Shown here: in pieces, positions 11,473 to 24,078 of the stretch
How positions within the stretch are numbered: position 1 is the first letter of the stretch
Layout of the letters: every line of letters starts with the position of its first letter
Virus record (IMG/VR): IMGVR_UViG_3300031994_002305
Location: 1-64,000 of that record
Strand: one strand, 5' to 3'
Length of the DNA: 64,000 nucleotides
DNA from: a virus
Taxonomy: Duplodnaviria > Heunggongvirae > Uroviricota > Caudoviricetes
Translations under genes and position numbers: made by a program
Notes under the pieces: model-generated
What the model saw: the letters and a program-made list of their open reading frames with translations, nothing else
What the model was told of the DNA's origin: nothing
Databases searched by the model: none

Positions 11473-11735
11473 TGGAAAATAAAATTAAAATACCAAAGAA
11501 CATAAAAGAGGTTTTTGAGTTTTTTGATAAAGAACTTACTGATGCCGATAAAGAAGAGCTTAAACAATATCCAGCTATAAGTTTTCATAATAACTTAGGA
11601 AGATGGATTAGAAATAACTTTGGCTTATGGGAACAATCAGAATTAAAAGCTTGGTTGATTGATAAAAATTTTACACATCCTGATGATATGTCAAATTATA
11701 TTATTGAAGAATATCAAAAACATTTAAAGAATTAA
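11472..11735 (+). CDS. DUF6794-like protein
   Basis: FHNNLGRWIRNNFGLW...HPDDMS signature. Confidence 0.6.
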   Translation: MENKIKIPKNIKEVFEFFDKELTDADKEELKQYPAISFHNNLGRWIRNNFGLWEQSELKAWLIDKNFTHPDDMSNYIIEEYQKHLKN

Positions 11736-12148
11736 TGATAATTAAAAAAATTTTGACTACAGAAGAAAAAAATAGAATTAGATATATGTGGCGAAATTGT
11801 CCATGTACATTTGATGAAATATTTAGAGATATAAATCAATTTAGAGATGAACCAGTTTCTGAAGAAGAAATAGAAAATGTAATATTTTCATTATGACAAA
11901 AGAACAAGAAATATTATTTGAAAAGAAAGTTTGGAATTGGCAGATTACTGAAAATACAACAGAATATGAAATAGCTAAAAGTTTTTTTGAATTAGGACTT
12001 AATATGGCTATTGATGAAGCACTAAACATTATTCAAAGTAAAAAATGTAAAATGTATGTTCATAATCTTCCTGCCGATGATTCAAATCCTTTAAGCTGTA
12101 TTTGTGAAGCTATAAAAGAAATTAAAAATTTAAGAAATTAATATAATA

Positions 12149-12179
12149 TTTGAATTTTATAATTTAATATCTATTTTAT
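12149..12179 (+). promoter_or_regulatory. Early promoter, TTTG-N19-TATTTTAT
   Basis: Fixed-spacing motif upstream of the RNA ligase gene. Confidence 0.65.
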
Positions 12180-12198
12180 ATATAAATTATAAATAAAC

Positions 12199-12942
12199 AT
12201 GAAATATCCAAGAACATATCATTTACCATATTCACCTGGTGCTACTAAGGATGATAAGAAACTTGGTAGAAAGACAGGATTTTTGAAGTGGTTTGATTAT
12301 TATAAAGGACAGGAAATTGTCATAACTGAGAAGCTTGATGGGGAAAATACATGTTTTACTCGTCAAGATGTTTATGCTCGTTCTCATGGCGCTCCAACAC
12401 GTTCTCCTTGGTCAAAAAATTTATGGGATCCTTCAGATGGATTATATTGGAAAGTGCAATCTAAAATAGGACCTTATGAGTCAATGTTCGGTGAAAATCT
12501 TTATGGAGAACATTCAATTCACTATGATGAGCTTCCATGTTATTGGTTTATGTTTGCTTGTTATTGGGAAGATTGTGATTATTGGTGTAGTTGGGATGAT
12601 GTTAAGATGTCTGCCGATATATTGAATGTTCCAACTGTTCCTGAATTATGGAGAGGTAAAATTACATCTGAAGAACAATTAAAAGAACTTGTTGATAAAT
12701 ATGTTAATGAACCTTCTTTATTTGGGCGTCAAAGAGAAGGTGTAGTTGTAAGAGTTACTAAAGCATTTCGAGGAGATGACTTTCCCCATTATGTATGTAA
12801 ATGGGTACGTCCTAATCATGTTCAGACGGATGAACATTGGACAAAGAATTGGAAAAAAGCTGAATTATTACATAAATTTGATAGTCCAGGTTATATAAGA
12901 TCAAACATTATGTATGATGATTCTGAATTATTTAATAAATAA
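12199..12942 (+). CDS. ATP-dependent RNA ligase (Rnl2-like nucleotidyltransferase)
   Basis: KYPRTYHLP, motif I TEKLDGEN, motif III FGE, motif IV REGVVVR, motif V KWVR. Confidence 0.85.
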   Translation: MKYPRTYHLPYSPGATKDDKKLGRKTGFLKWFDYYKGQEIVITEKLDGENTCFTRQDVYARSHGAPTRSPWSKNLWDPSDGLYWKVQSKIGPYESMFGENLYGEHSIHYDELPCYWFMFACYWEDCDYWCSWDDVKMSADILNVPTVPELWRGKITSEEQLKELVDKYVNEPSLFGRQREGVVVRVTKAFRGDDFPHYVCKWVRPNHVQTDEHWTKNWKKAELLHKFDSPGYIRSNIMYDDSELFNK

Positions 12943-15900
12943 TGAATATGAAGTATATTTGGATATCTTTTTTAATTTTATGTTTTATAGGTATTGTTTA
13001 TTGGCTTAGTAGTGGTAAATATTATACTGACCAGTCTAAGCCTAAAAAGAGTTTCAAAATTAAATTCCCTTCTAAAGATGCAGTATTTGGAATTTTGGGC
13101 GCAATATTTATTGGATTACTATTTGCCGCAATGATGATTGTTCCACTTAAAATGCATCAGAATGAATTAAATGAAAAACGAGTTTGGCTCAATGAAGAAC
13201 ATACTGCATGTCATTATCAAGATACTATCATTATAAATGGTCAAAAATATATACATGTTTATGACCATAATAATTCTGGATTTTATGGAGATCCTTATTT
13301 ATTACCAGTTAATTAAATATATATGAAATATACAAATGCAAAAGATGCTCTTAATTGGATGCTAAATAATCCTCTTAAGAAACTTTATGATCAATATGGT
13401 AATTATTATCTTTGGGGTCCATATTCAAATGTAATTGAACATCATTATGAAGTAGATATTGAAAATTGGATTTGGGATATGGATCACATAAATGTTGGTG
13501 ATTTTTTAAAATATAATTTAAGTGGCGATAATTATTTAGAAACTGAATAATATGACACATGCAGAGAAAGAAAAATGTATTAAACTTGCTGCTTACTGGT
13601 TGACATCAAATCTTCCAGAAGATGATAAAGAATTTTGGATTGATGATTTTTTAAATTATTTAGATATACATTTATGAATAAAATTAAATCTAAGGAAGAA
13701 TTAGATAAAAAGGTTAAAGAACTACAAGAATATTTTGATGTTTCACATGATAGTAATCTTGCTGAAATTCAAAAGATTTTTAAAGATAAATTTAATCAAG
13801 ATATTTTGAAGGTTGGAGATCATGCTATTTTTTATTTGAAGTCTCTTTTTAATATGGCTCCTGAAACTAAAAAGAAGTTTAAAAATGATCCAATTCAACC
13901 AATTACAATTACATATATTCGTCAAGATGTAATATTCTTTACTTGGGATAAACATCCTGAGTATAATGAAGAATATACTATGTATAGTGCTGATTGGTCA
14001 AAATGGTTATATCCAGTAAAAATTAAATTAAGTGAACTTTTTAAGAATAAAGAATATCTTAAAAATAAAGACTATAATGAATGGTATGTACAAACTCATA
14101 TAATGAAATTTAATTCTAAATTTACAAAGATTATAGATGATATAATTTATGAAAACTAATTTAAGTAAACAAACAAAATATTTCAAACAAGTTTTTAATA
14201 AAAATTCATTACAGTTTGAATTAAAAGAAATACCATTAGGTAAAGATACATGGTGGTATGTTCAAGTTGATGCATCAATCAGATATGCATTTTTAAAATA
14301 TAATTTACAGCTTCCTAAATATGTTGTAGTTGAAGATGTAACTCATTATATAACTTTTAAGATATATCGAGAAAACATTAAAAACTTCAAAGAATTACAA
14401 GAATATAATAAAAAATTAAATTATGTTCTTGATGAACTTAAATTTCAGGCAGAATGTAATTCAAGCGATGAATATGATGATCCTGATTATTGGGTAAAAT
14501 ATGAATTTAAATTATTATAAGTATGATAGTATATGGTATTAAAGTTGAAAGAATATCTAGACCAGATTTATTTCCAGATTATTTTAAAGGTAGAAATGGT
14601 GATACAGAAATGACATCTATAATATCATATGCCAAATTATTTCAACAAAAAAGTAGTGCTGAAAATAAAAAATATATACTTCAACAATATTATAAAGATT
14701 GTCCAGATCTTAAGTTTAGTGTCGTTGATATAGAAATTAAAGAATTATAAAATATTCAAGAACATATCATTTACCAATATCAAATGAAAACTAAGTTAAG
14801 TAAATAAAATATGGAGAAACAAGTAGAATTTATAGTATTAAATGGAAATGCTCGTAAACATTTTGTATCAATAGAAGATTTTAATAAATGGGCCAAAAAT
14901 AAAATGCCATATAGTGGTTCAGAATGGGAATTACAAGAAGTTATAACAACAACTAAATTACATAAGATTCCTTGTGAAAGAAATAGAGTATTTGACAAAA
15001 ATGTTATAAAAAGAATAATTGATGCATTCTTAGAAAAAGCTACTGTCAACAATGTTAAGACTTCTTTTTATGAATGGAAAATGACTGACCCAAAATATAA
15101 TCGTTTAACAATGGGACAGGCTAAGGTATATTACATGGCAGAGAAATTAGGTTATCCTTGGGAAAAACTTGATGATTTGTATAACAATAAAGATGGTATT
15201 ATGAATCATCGATGGGATGGGGAAGTACATGGATATGATACATTTGAAGATCGTGAATTTTATACTAATTGGTTGGCTCCATTTTTTATTATAAAAGATG
15301 TATTTCCAAATTATAATATAGATGAGAAAGATATTACCATTTATAATTATAACTATGGAAGTTCAAAACGATCTATTAAAAAAGGAAAGAAATATGAAAC
15401 TTATAAAGACCCAACCACATTAGCAGGAAAATATCCTGCAATGATGAAATATTATATGGATAAGTGGCATGGTAGTATGGATATATTCGATACAATATAT
15501 TTCAAACTTACACCAGAAGAGTATATTGAAGAATATAAGAAACGTATTAGAGAATTTCCTATTGATAAGGTAACTGTTGAATATAATGTTGGTGATTATA
15601 AGCCATGTCATAATTATAAAATCGATTTTCCACACGAATTTGATCCAAATGGTCCCAACTATTGGCATACGTTAAATGTATTTGCTCGCATACCAGGAAT
15701 TATGTTTAGAGATAATGATATTTATATTACAAACGACAAATATGTAGGAAGACATGTACATCATTATGTTTCTCAACAATGCGATGTTGATGAAAAACTT
15801 TATGAGTATTGTATTAAAAATTTGAAATAATATGAGTAAGAAATGTGCTTTAAGAGATTTTGACAATTGGTGTTCAAATCAAGATTGTTATTGTAATGAA

Positions 15901-18175
15901 GATGATTCAGATTGTCCTGATTGTACTAATGTAGATTTTTGCGGAAATTTTATTAAATAAATAATATGAAAATTGAACATGTAAGTCAATTAATAGACTT
16001 AGATAAGATAGTAGGTTTCGCTACGTCATCATTGAATAATGGTCCAAAATCATTACGACAAATAGAAAACATTGGTAACCGTAATTATAATGATAAATCA
16101 CATTATGTATTATGGGTTACTAATGTGTTTTTTGATGAATATAAAAATCAAATTCGTAATCGTAAACCACTTCCTTGTTATGTTGTTAATGGTCATTATT
16201 GGACGGGGAAGTCTGATTATAATAAACAAAAAGAATATTATGATTTAGTTGGTCAAGAATTAAATATATTAGATGGTTGGCTTTGGGATAGAAGCTATAA
16301 ATATGACTGTGTATGTCAACTTGAATCATTATTGACTACAGGCATTAATTATGGAATTTGCTCTCATGATTTAGGATATAATAATTATTCATATTCATTA
16401 AGTAATTCTTGGTTAGCAAAATTTGATAATTTTCAATTGTTTACTACCAAAGAAGAAGCAAATAATCACATTAAACAATATATTAAAGATAATGATAAAA
16501 GACTTTTAGAATCTAAACTTGCAGAAATTAATAAGCAAATAGATGAACTTAATGATAAAAAACAATTAATACTTGATCAATTAAAAAATAAATAATATTT
16601 AACTATATTATATTATGAAAGTAACTAAAGAAAATATAAAAGACATTAAATATATAGCTAACTATTTAAATATAGACACCGGTAAAAGTGTATTAGAAAG
16701 TCTATTAATTAATTTATTAGAATTAAATACTGAATTAGCTAATCATGGTGAACTTCATAGACAATTATATATTGACTATATTGATGAGCACACAGGATAT
16801 TCTCCTGAACGAACAGATCCATGTCCAGATTATTATGGATATTTTTCATTAAGATTTGAAAAAAATCAATATGAAACAGTTGGTGATATATTAAGTCTTA
16901 ATGATTTAGATACTGTTTTATGTGCTTTAATAAACTTTGAGGAAAGCAGATTATCATAATTGAAGAAAATAAATGTTTTAATTAGATGGAATTATATCAA
17001 TTAATGCAAAAATTTTCAGATAAGAATATTGATGATGTCGATATTAAAGACTTATCTGATTTACAATATATATTAGAAAATTTACCTAATGATGTAGATT
17101 ATGTAATTAAAGGTAATAAAGATGAATGTATTGATTCATATGTATATGATAGAATTGATAATTTCTTAAAAGCACCTGATGAAGATTATGATAAAATCGA
17201 AGGTAAGTGTTTCTTCTGTGAACATACAAAAACAGTTATAAAAGTATTACATATTATGAAAGGAAACGAACTTAAAGATTTTGATAAAGTTGAGTTCGTT
17301 TATGAAGAATATGAACAATACAGAGATGGTTCATGGCATGGTAAAGATTATAATTATTTGCAAGAGAATGCAAAGGGTAATCATGCAAAAAGTATGAAAG
17401 AATACTTCAGTAAGTATAAAAAGTATGCGGAGATATCTCCTAATGCAGATATAAATTTATGTGGTGAACATATGTATCAACTTGGTAAAGATGGAAATAT
17501 TTATGTTGATCATTCTTGTGGGGGAGATTTTTATATTTACAAACCATGTAAAGAATCAAAATTTATAGCTGCACAAGAAGAAGCATTTGATAATGATGGA
17601 GATTATATAGTTAAATAATATATGGGAAGAATAATAACTGAAGGCGAAGCTTTACAAAGAGCGCGCGAATACGGATTAGAATATGAAGTTGCGCAATGTA
17701 TTCATGAACAATTTATGGATCCATGGGATGCATTATATGAATGGGATTTACTAAAAGAATTAGATTATGATAATTCACATGATGATTCTGGTGCTGAGCA
17801 ATTTGTTGAAAATGAATTTACACAATACTATTAAATAAAAATATTATGGCCAATTATAAAGATAATCAAAATAAGAATTTTCAAGTAAGAAATTCATCAC
17901 TTAGATTAAGAATGCATGTTTTTGAACCGGATGAATCAGTTAATCAAGAAGATTGGTATAAAGATTTATCTACGTTTGATAATATGAAGTTAATTAATAT
18001 CTGGTCTTGTATAAATGTTGGAGACATTGTTGAAGATGATACAGGCACAAGATTTAGAATAATTTCACGTCATTGGAAATGGGATAAAGATGAAAATAAT
18101 AATTCATATCCTGTTTTGGAATTTACTTCTGAAAGATATATGCGTCATGGTAAACAAAATCCTTATATGATATGA
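12942..18175 (+). other. Array of hypothetical early genes (including membrane protein 12942..13316 and a 339 aa ORF at 14811..15830)
   Basis: Contiguous + strand ORFs with no recognisable catalytic motifs. Confidence 0.65.
14747..14776 (+). repeat. Relic copy of the first 30 nt of the RNA ligase gene
   Basis: ATAAAATATTCAAGAACATATCATTTACCA versus 12199-12228 ATGAAATATCCAAGAACATATCATTTACCA (28/30 identical). Confidence 0.8.
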
Positions 18176-18585
18176 GTGAAGTAAAACAAGTTATAGTATT
18201 TCGACACGACTTATTAAAGTCATTACGAAAAGGTAAAATAGCCGCCCAAGTTGCTCATGCAAGTTTGGGTGCTTTATTGAAATTATCTCAAAGATATTTT
18301 GATAAAAATATTGATCATTATAGAATTAATTTTACGTTTCCTAAAGATTCTTTATTAGATAAATGGTTAAATGGAACATTTACAAAAATTTGTCTTTATG
18401 TTGAAGATGAAAAAGAATTATTAGATTTACATAAAAAAATTGAAACAGCGGGTATACCTTGTGCTTTAATTACAGATGCTGGTAATACAGAATTTCATGG
18501 AGTACCAACAGTTACTTGTTTAGGTATAGGGCCATGGTGGTCAGAATATCTTGATAAATTTACTGGAAATTTAAAATTGTTTTAA
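18172..18585 (+). CDS. pth2: Peptidyl-tRNA hydrolase, Pth2 family
   Basis: Motifs KQVIVFRHDL, GKIAAQVAHAS, KICL, ITDAGNTEF, TCLGIGP and TGNLKL. Confidence 0.92.
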   Translation: MSEVKQVIVFRHDLLKSLRKGKIAAQVAHASLGALLKLSQRYFDKNIDHYRINFTFPKDSLLDKWLNGTFTKICLYVEDEKELLDLHKKIETAGIPCALITDAGNTEFHGVPTVTCLGIGPWWSEYLDKFTGNLKLF

Positions 18586-18586
18586 T

Positions 18587-21500
18587 ATGAATAAAAAAGA
18601 ACAAGTAAAAGATCTTTATAATAGATTCATAAATTATACAAAAACAGCAGAACAACACGAATTTACTACATTAATATTAATGGAAGCAAAAATTTCTGCT
18701 GGATATAAAGATTTAATGAAAAATTGGGATGAAAATCACGCTGATATTTTTATTCACAGTATTGGTAATATATTAAAAAGATTAGGAGCTTAATTTATGG
18801 ATGATAAAAGATTTTTAACAGATACTGATAAGACAGGAAGATTTATTGTAAAATCAAAAATTACTGGAAAGAAATATTATGTAGAACCAATTGGTAATAC
18901 TCATGCAGCCGATTGGGGAGATTTAGATCCAGCAACAAAGAAAATGACAGGTAATTATGGAGAACGTTATGAAGGTTGTGTACCTGAAAAAGAATCATTG
19001 ATTACTCCAGAAAATGGATTTGAAAAAATTGAATTACTAGATGCAGGTGTATCTCCATTATCTGTTATAGATGCAAGAGATAAAGAATATCAAAAACAAA
19101 TGGGACTATGAAAATATTAAAAGGAAACATAGTTAAATGTGATAAATGTAAATCTTTTTTACAATATAATGATAATGATATTGAAAATGTTCAAATGTAT
19201 TATAGTATAAATACTTATGATGATGAAACATATACCGCAAAAGTTATTACTTGTCCTGTTTGTAAAGAAAGAATAGAAGTATATTGATATGAATATTAAA
19301 AAAGGTAAATTATCTACCAAGTTAATTGATTTATATGGTAAAGATAACTATCAATCACATATTGAAGTAGGAAGAGAATATTGGTATTATTTTGCTAAAA
19401 ATACTCAAGCATATAAATTAACTAATAAATATTGGAATAAAATTAAGATTACATATATAAGAAGTGGATGCTTATTTTATATTTTATCTGATGTTCCTGA
19501 ATTTAAAGAAGAATTTTGTCCTATTAATTGTTTTATGACTTCTACTTTTGTATTTGCTGAATTAGACCCAATAAAAGATTTAGGAGATAAATTAGAAGAT
19601 ATTGAAGCTGCTAAATTATCATATTGTTTTGATGATGAACATACAGTTATAAAAAATTGGCCTAATGAAAGAGAAGTAGAAGTTGATGAGAATGACCTTT
19701 TTAATATGTTTGCTAAATCAGAAGATACAAATAAAATAGCAAAATATATTTATATTAAATCATTAGAAGAAAAATGAAACCGTATATTAAACCACAAACA
19801 GAAGTTATTGAAATTTCTAATTGTAAAATGTTATGTTCAAGTGATTATGAATCACGAGATTATTTGAGATGTGATTCTCGTTGTAAAATTTATCATATAT
19901 GTCAAGATAGAAGATATGGAACAACTTGTTATGATAAAGAAATTAGATAAATTATGAAAATAAATAGTAATTGGTCACAAAAAGATTGGGATGATGCTTT
20001 AAAGAAAGTTTGGAAATTATCTCGAGATTTTGAAGAAATTCTCAATTTTGGACTTGAACATGGTTTTATAACATCATCGGATATTATTCATGCTTCAGAT
20101 ATATATAAAGATCCTAATAAAGAATACGATAATGATGAACTCCAAGAAATTATAAAAAGAAGCAATATTTATGATTTAATGAAGATGATTCAAGAAGAAT
20201 ATTCTTTAGATGAAATAATTGGAGAATTACCAACAAATGAAATTTTAGATAATATAAGTGAAGATGAAAGATTAGATTCACTAGAACATTCTTGGTCACT
20301 TAATAATCATGATGATGAAGTTCGCAATATTTATTATAGAGAATGTATTGATGAATGGATTGATGAAATGAAACAAAGAGATAAAGATTATTTAGATAAT
20401 TTATGTGATGCTAATGGAGATGAATTACATCAATTTATTTGTGACTTAGTTGGTTGCGGATATTATGATAAAGAAGGATTAATGAAAGGATTGGAAAAAT
20501 TAAAAGATAAATTAAATAAAAATTCGTATGGAATAAAATATGAAACATAATTTTTTTATAATTACATTTTTAATATTTCTATTTGTTAGTTGTAATCATA
20601 ATTCAGTTAACTTTTCAAAAATTTTAGGAGAAGATTCAACGTTAATTGGTAAATATAAAACAGAATATATAATTCATTATAATAGTAATTGGAATCCAAC
20701 ATATACAATATATAGTGATAAAGAAATTTATACATGTTCATTTCAGGGTACTAACTTTTTATTAGAAAAAGATAATACTGAAGAAATTTTATCAACAACT
20801 GCACCGATTCAAATTATTAAAACAGAAATAGTAAAATGAAAGAAGAACAAATTGTAGAAAGAATACAAAATCTTCAGGCAGATATTAAGTATTCATTTAA
20901 GCAAACATCTGAAGTAATTGACATTATTTATCGTCAAGGTGTAAATGATGAAAAAAATTTTGGTGTTAAACAACCTGATATAGTTGTTAAACAACAAAAA
21001 GATTCTGATGTTGTTGTAATGTCATCTAAAGATTTAAATAATGCATTTGGTACAAAGCCAAATGATAAAAAATTTGGGTCAAAACGTGCATTACCAGAAG
21101 ATGAACAATTAAAAATTGAACAACGTATACAAAAAGTAAAACGTGATATATATCTTGAATTATTACAAGAAATTGAAAAGAAAAACGATTTAATGGATGT
21201 ATATATTTATGTGAAAGAAAAATGTAAAGAATATGGAGAACCAGGAGTTAGAAACAAACTTAATAACAGAGAACGCAAAAGAGAAAATCCATGGATGTGA
21301 TCTGAAAACATGTTATCAACTTTATGGTGTTGAATGTGATAAAGGCTGGTACCCATTAGTTAAGAAAGCTATAGCAGCTGTTGCAAGATATAATGGTATA
21401 AATAAATGTGATCCTGATTTTGGTCCAGTAGAATTTTCTCAAATAAAAGAAAAATATGGATTACTTTGTCTATATTTAAATTATTATCCATCAGATGAAC

Positions 21501-24033
21501 TATGTAAAGAAATAAGAGCAATAGAAAAAGAATCTCAATATATTTGTGAACATTGTGGTTCTACTGAAAATGTTCATACGAGAGAAATTCATAGTTGGAT
21601 ATTTACATATTGTGATAAATGTGCAGAAGCTGAAGAAAAAAGATTTAAAGAATTATATGGGAAACTTATTTCCAGACAAAAAGAAACAAAGAAAAGAAAG
21701 AACAAAGGAACAACCTGATTATTTAAAAACAGGATTATGTTGGTATGATGATGACACAAAGTTCAAAGAATGTGGAAGACCATGGTCATATTTATGTGAC
21801 GGTAATATTCATAAATGTGCTCATTTGAAACAAAAATGGTTTGCGTCATTATCAGATAAAAACAAACAATATATTTTAGAAAATCCTAATTGTTATTGGC
21901 ACGTTGAAAATCAAAAACATAATAAGAAATAATTATGTCTATTAATAAATATCCTGTTCATTGGGAACCTATGCATACAACTTCTGATTGGATGGCAGAT
22001 TTTACTGAAAGTTTTAAGAAAATGAAAGAACGTGAAGGATACGATAGAGTTTGGAAATTAATTAAAAAGAAAAATAATTGGTAATATGAAGTGTTATTTT
22101 ATTGATTGGACAACAAATTGGGCAGATGAAATGGATATCTATTCTGCTGAGGTATTAACGGAATCAGAACTTAATGATTTTATAAAGTGGTTAAAGAAAC
22201 ATAAAAAAGACCTTGAAGACGGTATTGAATATGGTATCGGCACTAATGAAGATATTGAATTATCATATGCCGATATTAAAGAAACAATTAATTGTGCAAG
22301 AGAAATAACTGAAATTGAATATATTTCATTTAAAGCAATGTTTGAATCTTCAGTATTCGGTGATCTTTGCATTGAATCCATTATGGAAAGAGTTGAAGAT
22401 GAATATGATGACGATGACGATGATTAACTATGAAAACAAGACTATTAAAGCAAATTCGTAAAGAATCGTGGAATAAATATGAAATAAGAAACTGGAGTGA
22501 TTGTAGTGGATGTGAAGAAAAACCTTGGCATATATGTACAAGCCACAATACTGGATTAGCTTATCATGAATATGCCACCAGAGAAGAAGCAATTATTGAA
22601 GCAAAAAAACTTTGGCATGAAGTTGCTGAAAAATATCTTTGGAATCATAGAGCAGAAAGAAAACGAAATAAATATCCTTGGTAATTATGAAACATTGGCT
22701 TAACAAGTTAAAACCTGGCGATAAATTTTGGAGTAGCTCAGGATATGAAGTAGCACAATATGAAATTATTGGAAATGCTAACAATTTAAATTTTAGAATG
22801 CCAAGATTCACTTGTAAGTGTTTAACAGGTTCATATAAAAATTTAGATATTGAATTTTTTGTTAATCAATATGTATACGATACATATGAAGAAAGTTATA
22901 ATGAAGTAATTAATGATTTACAAGAAACTATAAGAAAAAGAGAAATAGAATTACATAATATTGAAGATTCATTAAAATTTCTTCACAATACATTAAATTC
23001 TACAATTGAGAAATATGAAAACTATAAATATGGACAGGAAGGCATTTAAAAAATTAGAAACTAATCCAAATTTAATAAATTTTGTTAATAGAATATTAAG
23101 TTATAATTCAATTTTCGATAATGAAACGACACGTAGTATGTTTTTTGTTTCACTAATAAGTTCAGATTGTTTAATAGATAAACATACATGTGAAGAAACA
23201 ATTGAAATTGCTGATTTTATATTAAAGAATATTAATTTATTTGTATTGGATGAAAATATTACAAAATCAGTTATAAAATATTGTAAAGATGCTAAAAAGA
23301 TAGCAAACAGAGATTTAAAAAAATTTACTGAATAATATGAAAACGGGAGCAGAATTAATTAGTGACGAACGTAAACGTCAAATAGAAGTTGAAGGGTGGT
23401 CACAAGAGCACGATAATCAACATGATATAATGGAATTTGTACAAGCTGCTAAAGCATATCTAATGATTGATAAAAATTTTATGACTCGAGTTGGAATATG
23501 GCCTTGGACAGAAGAATTCTTTAAACCAAAAGATGCAATCCGAGATTTAACACGAGCTGGTGCATTAATTGCCGCAGCAATTGATAGAATTAATCAATCT
23601 TTATAAAAATTAATATGGAAAATACATCATATTCAAATAATGGTGCTCCTATTTGGAGTGAATCAATAACACAAGTACCACAATTTAGTGAACCAACAAA
23701 AACTATGGATCAACAAATATATTTTCCATATACAATAAATGAATAATGAAGATTTAATTATAAAAGATGGTGAAGAGGATTGGACTGATTATCCTTATTT
23801 AGGTATTGGAAAAAAACCTTTTAAACACGCTAAGCCATCAGAAAATGATATTGAAAAAATAATTGGTGGATAATATGGGAATTGTATCAGATCATTATAA
23901 AGAAGAAAAATCTAAAGAAGATACTGGAATATTTACTAATCATTTAGTTTATGACGATGATGATCCTTATGTATCGCATACATTTGACCATTGGTTACGA
24001 GATTTAAATGATTATAAAAATGTAAAGATGTAA
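18587..24033 (+). other. Array of hypothetical genes and micro-ORFs, several Cys-rich or Zn-ribbon
   Basis: Includes 21233..21718 (QIKEKYG...CEHCG...CDKC Zn finger) and 23337..23606 (ERKRQIEVEGW, a common phage family). Confidence 0.6.
19774..19950 (+). CDS. 58 aa peptide with MKPYIKPQTEVI leader and Cys-rich C-terminus (not in the ORF track)
   Basis: ATG overlaps the upstream TGA. Translation: MKPYIKPQTEVIEISNCKMLCSSDYESRDYLRCDSRCKIYHICQDRRYGTTCYDKEIR. Confidence 0.65.
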   Translation: MKPYIKPQTEVIEISNCKMLCSSDYESRDYLRCDSRCKIYHICQDRRYGTTCYDKEIR

Positions 24034-24078
24034 TTATTCAATTGGATGATTTAGATAAATTATATATTATATTTATAT

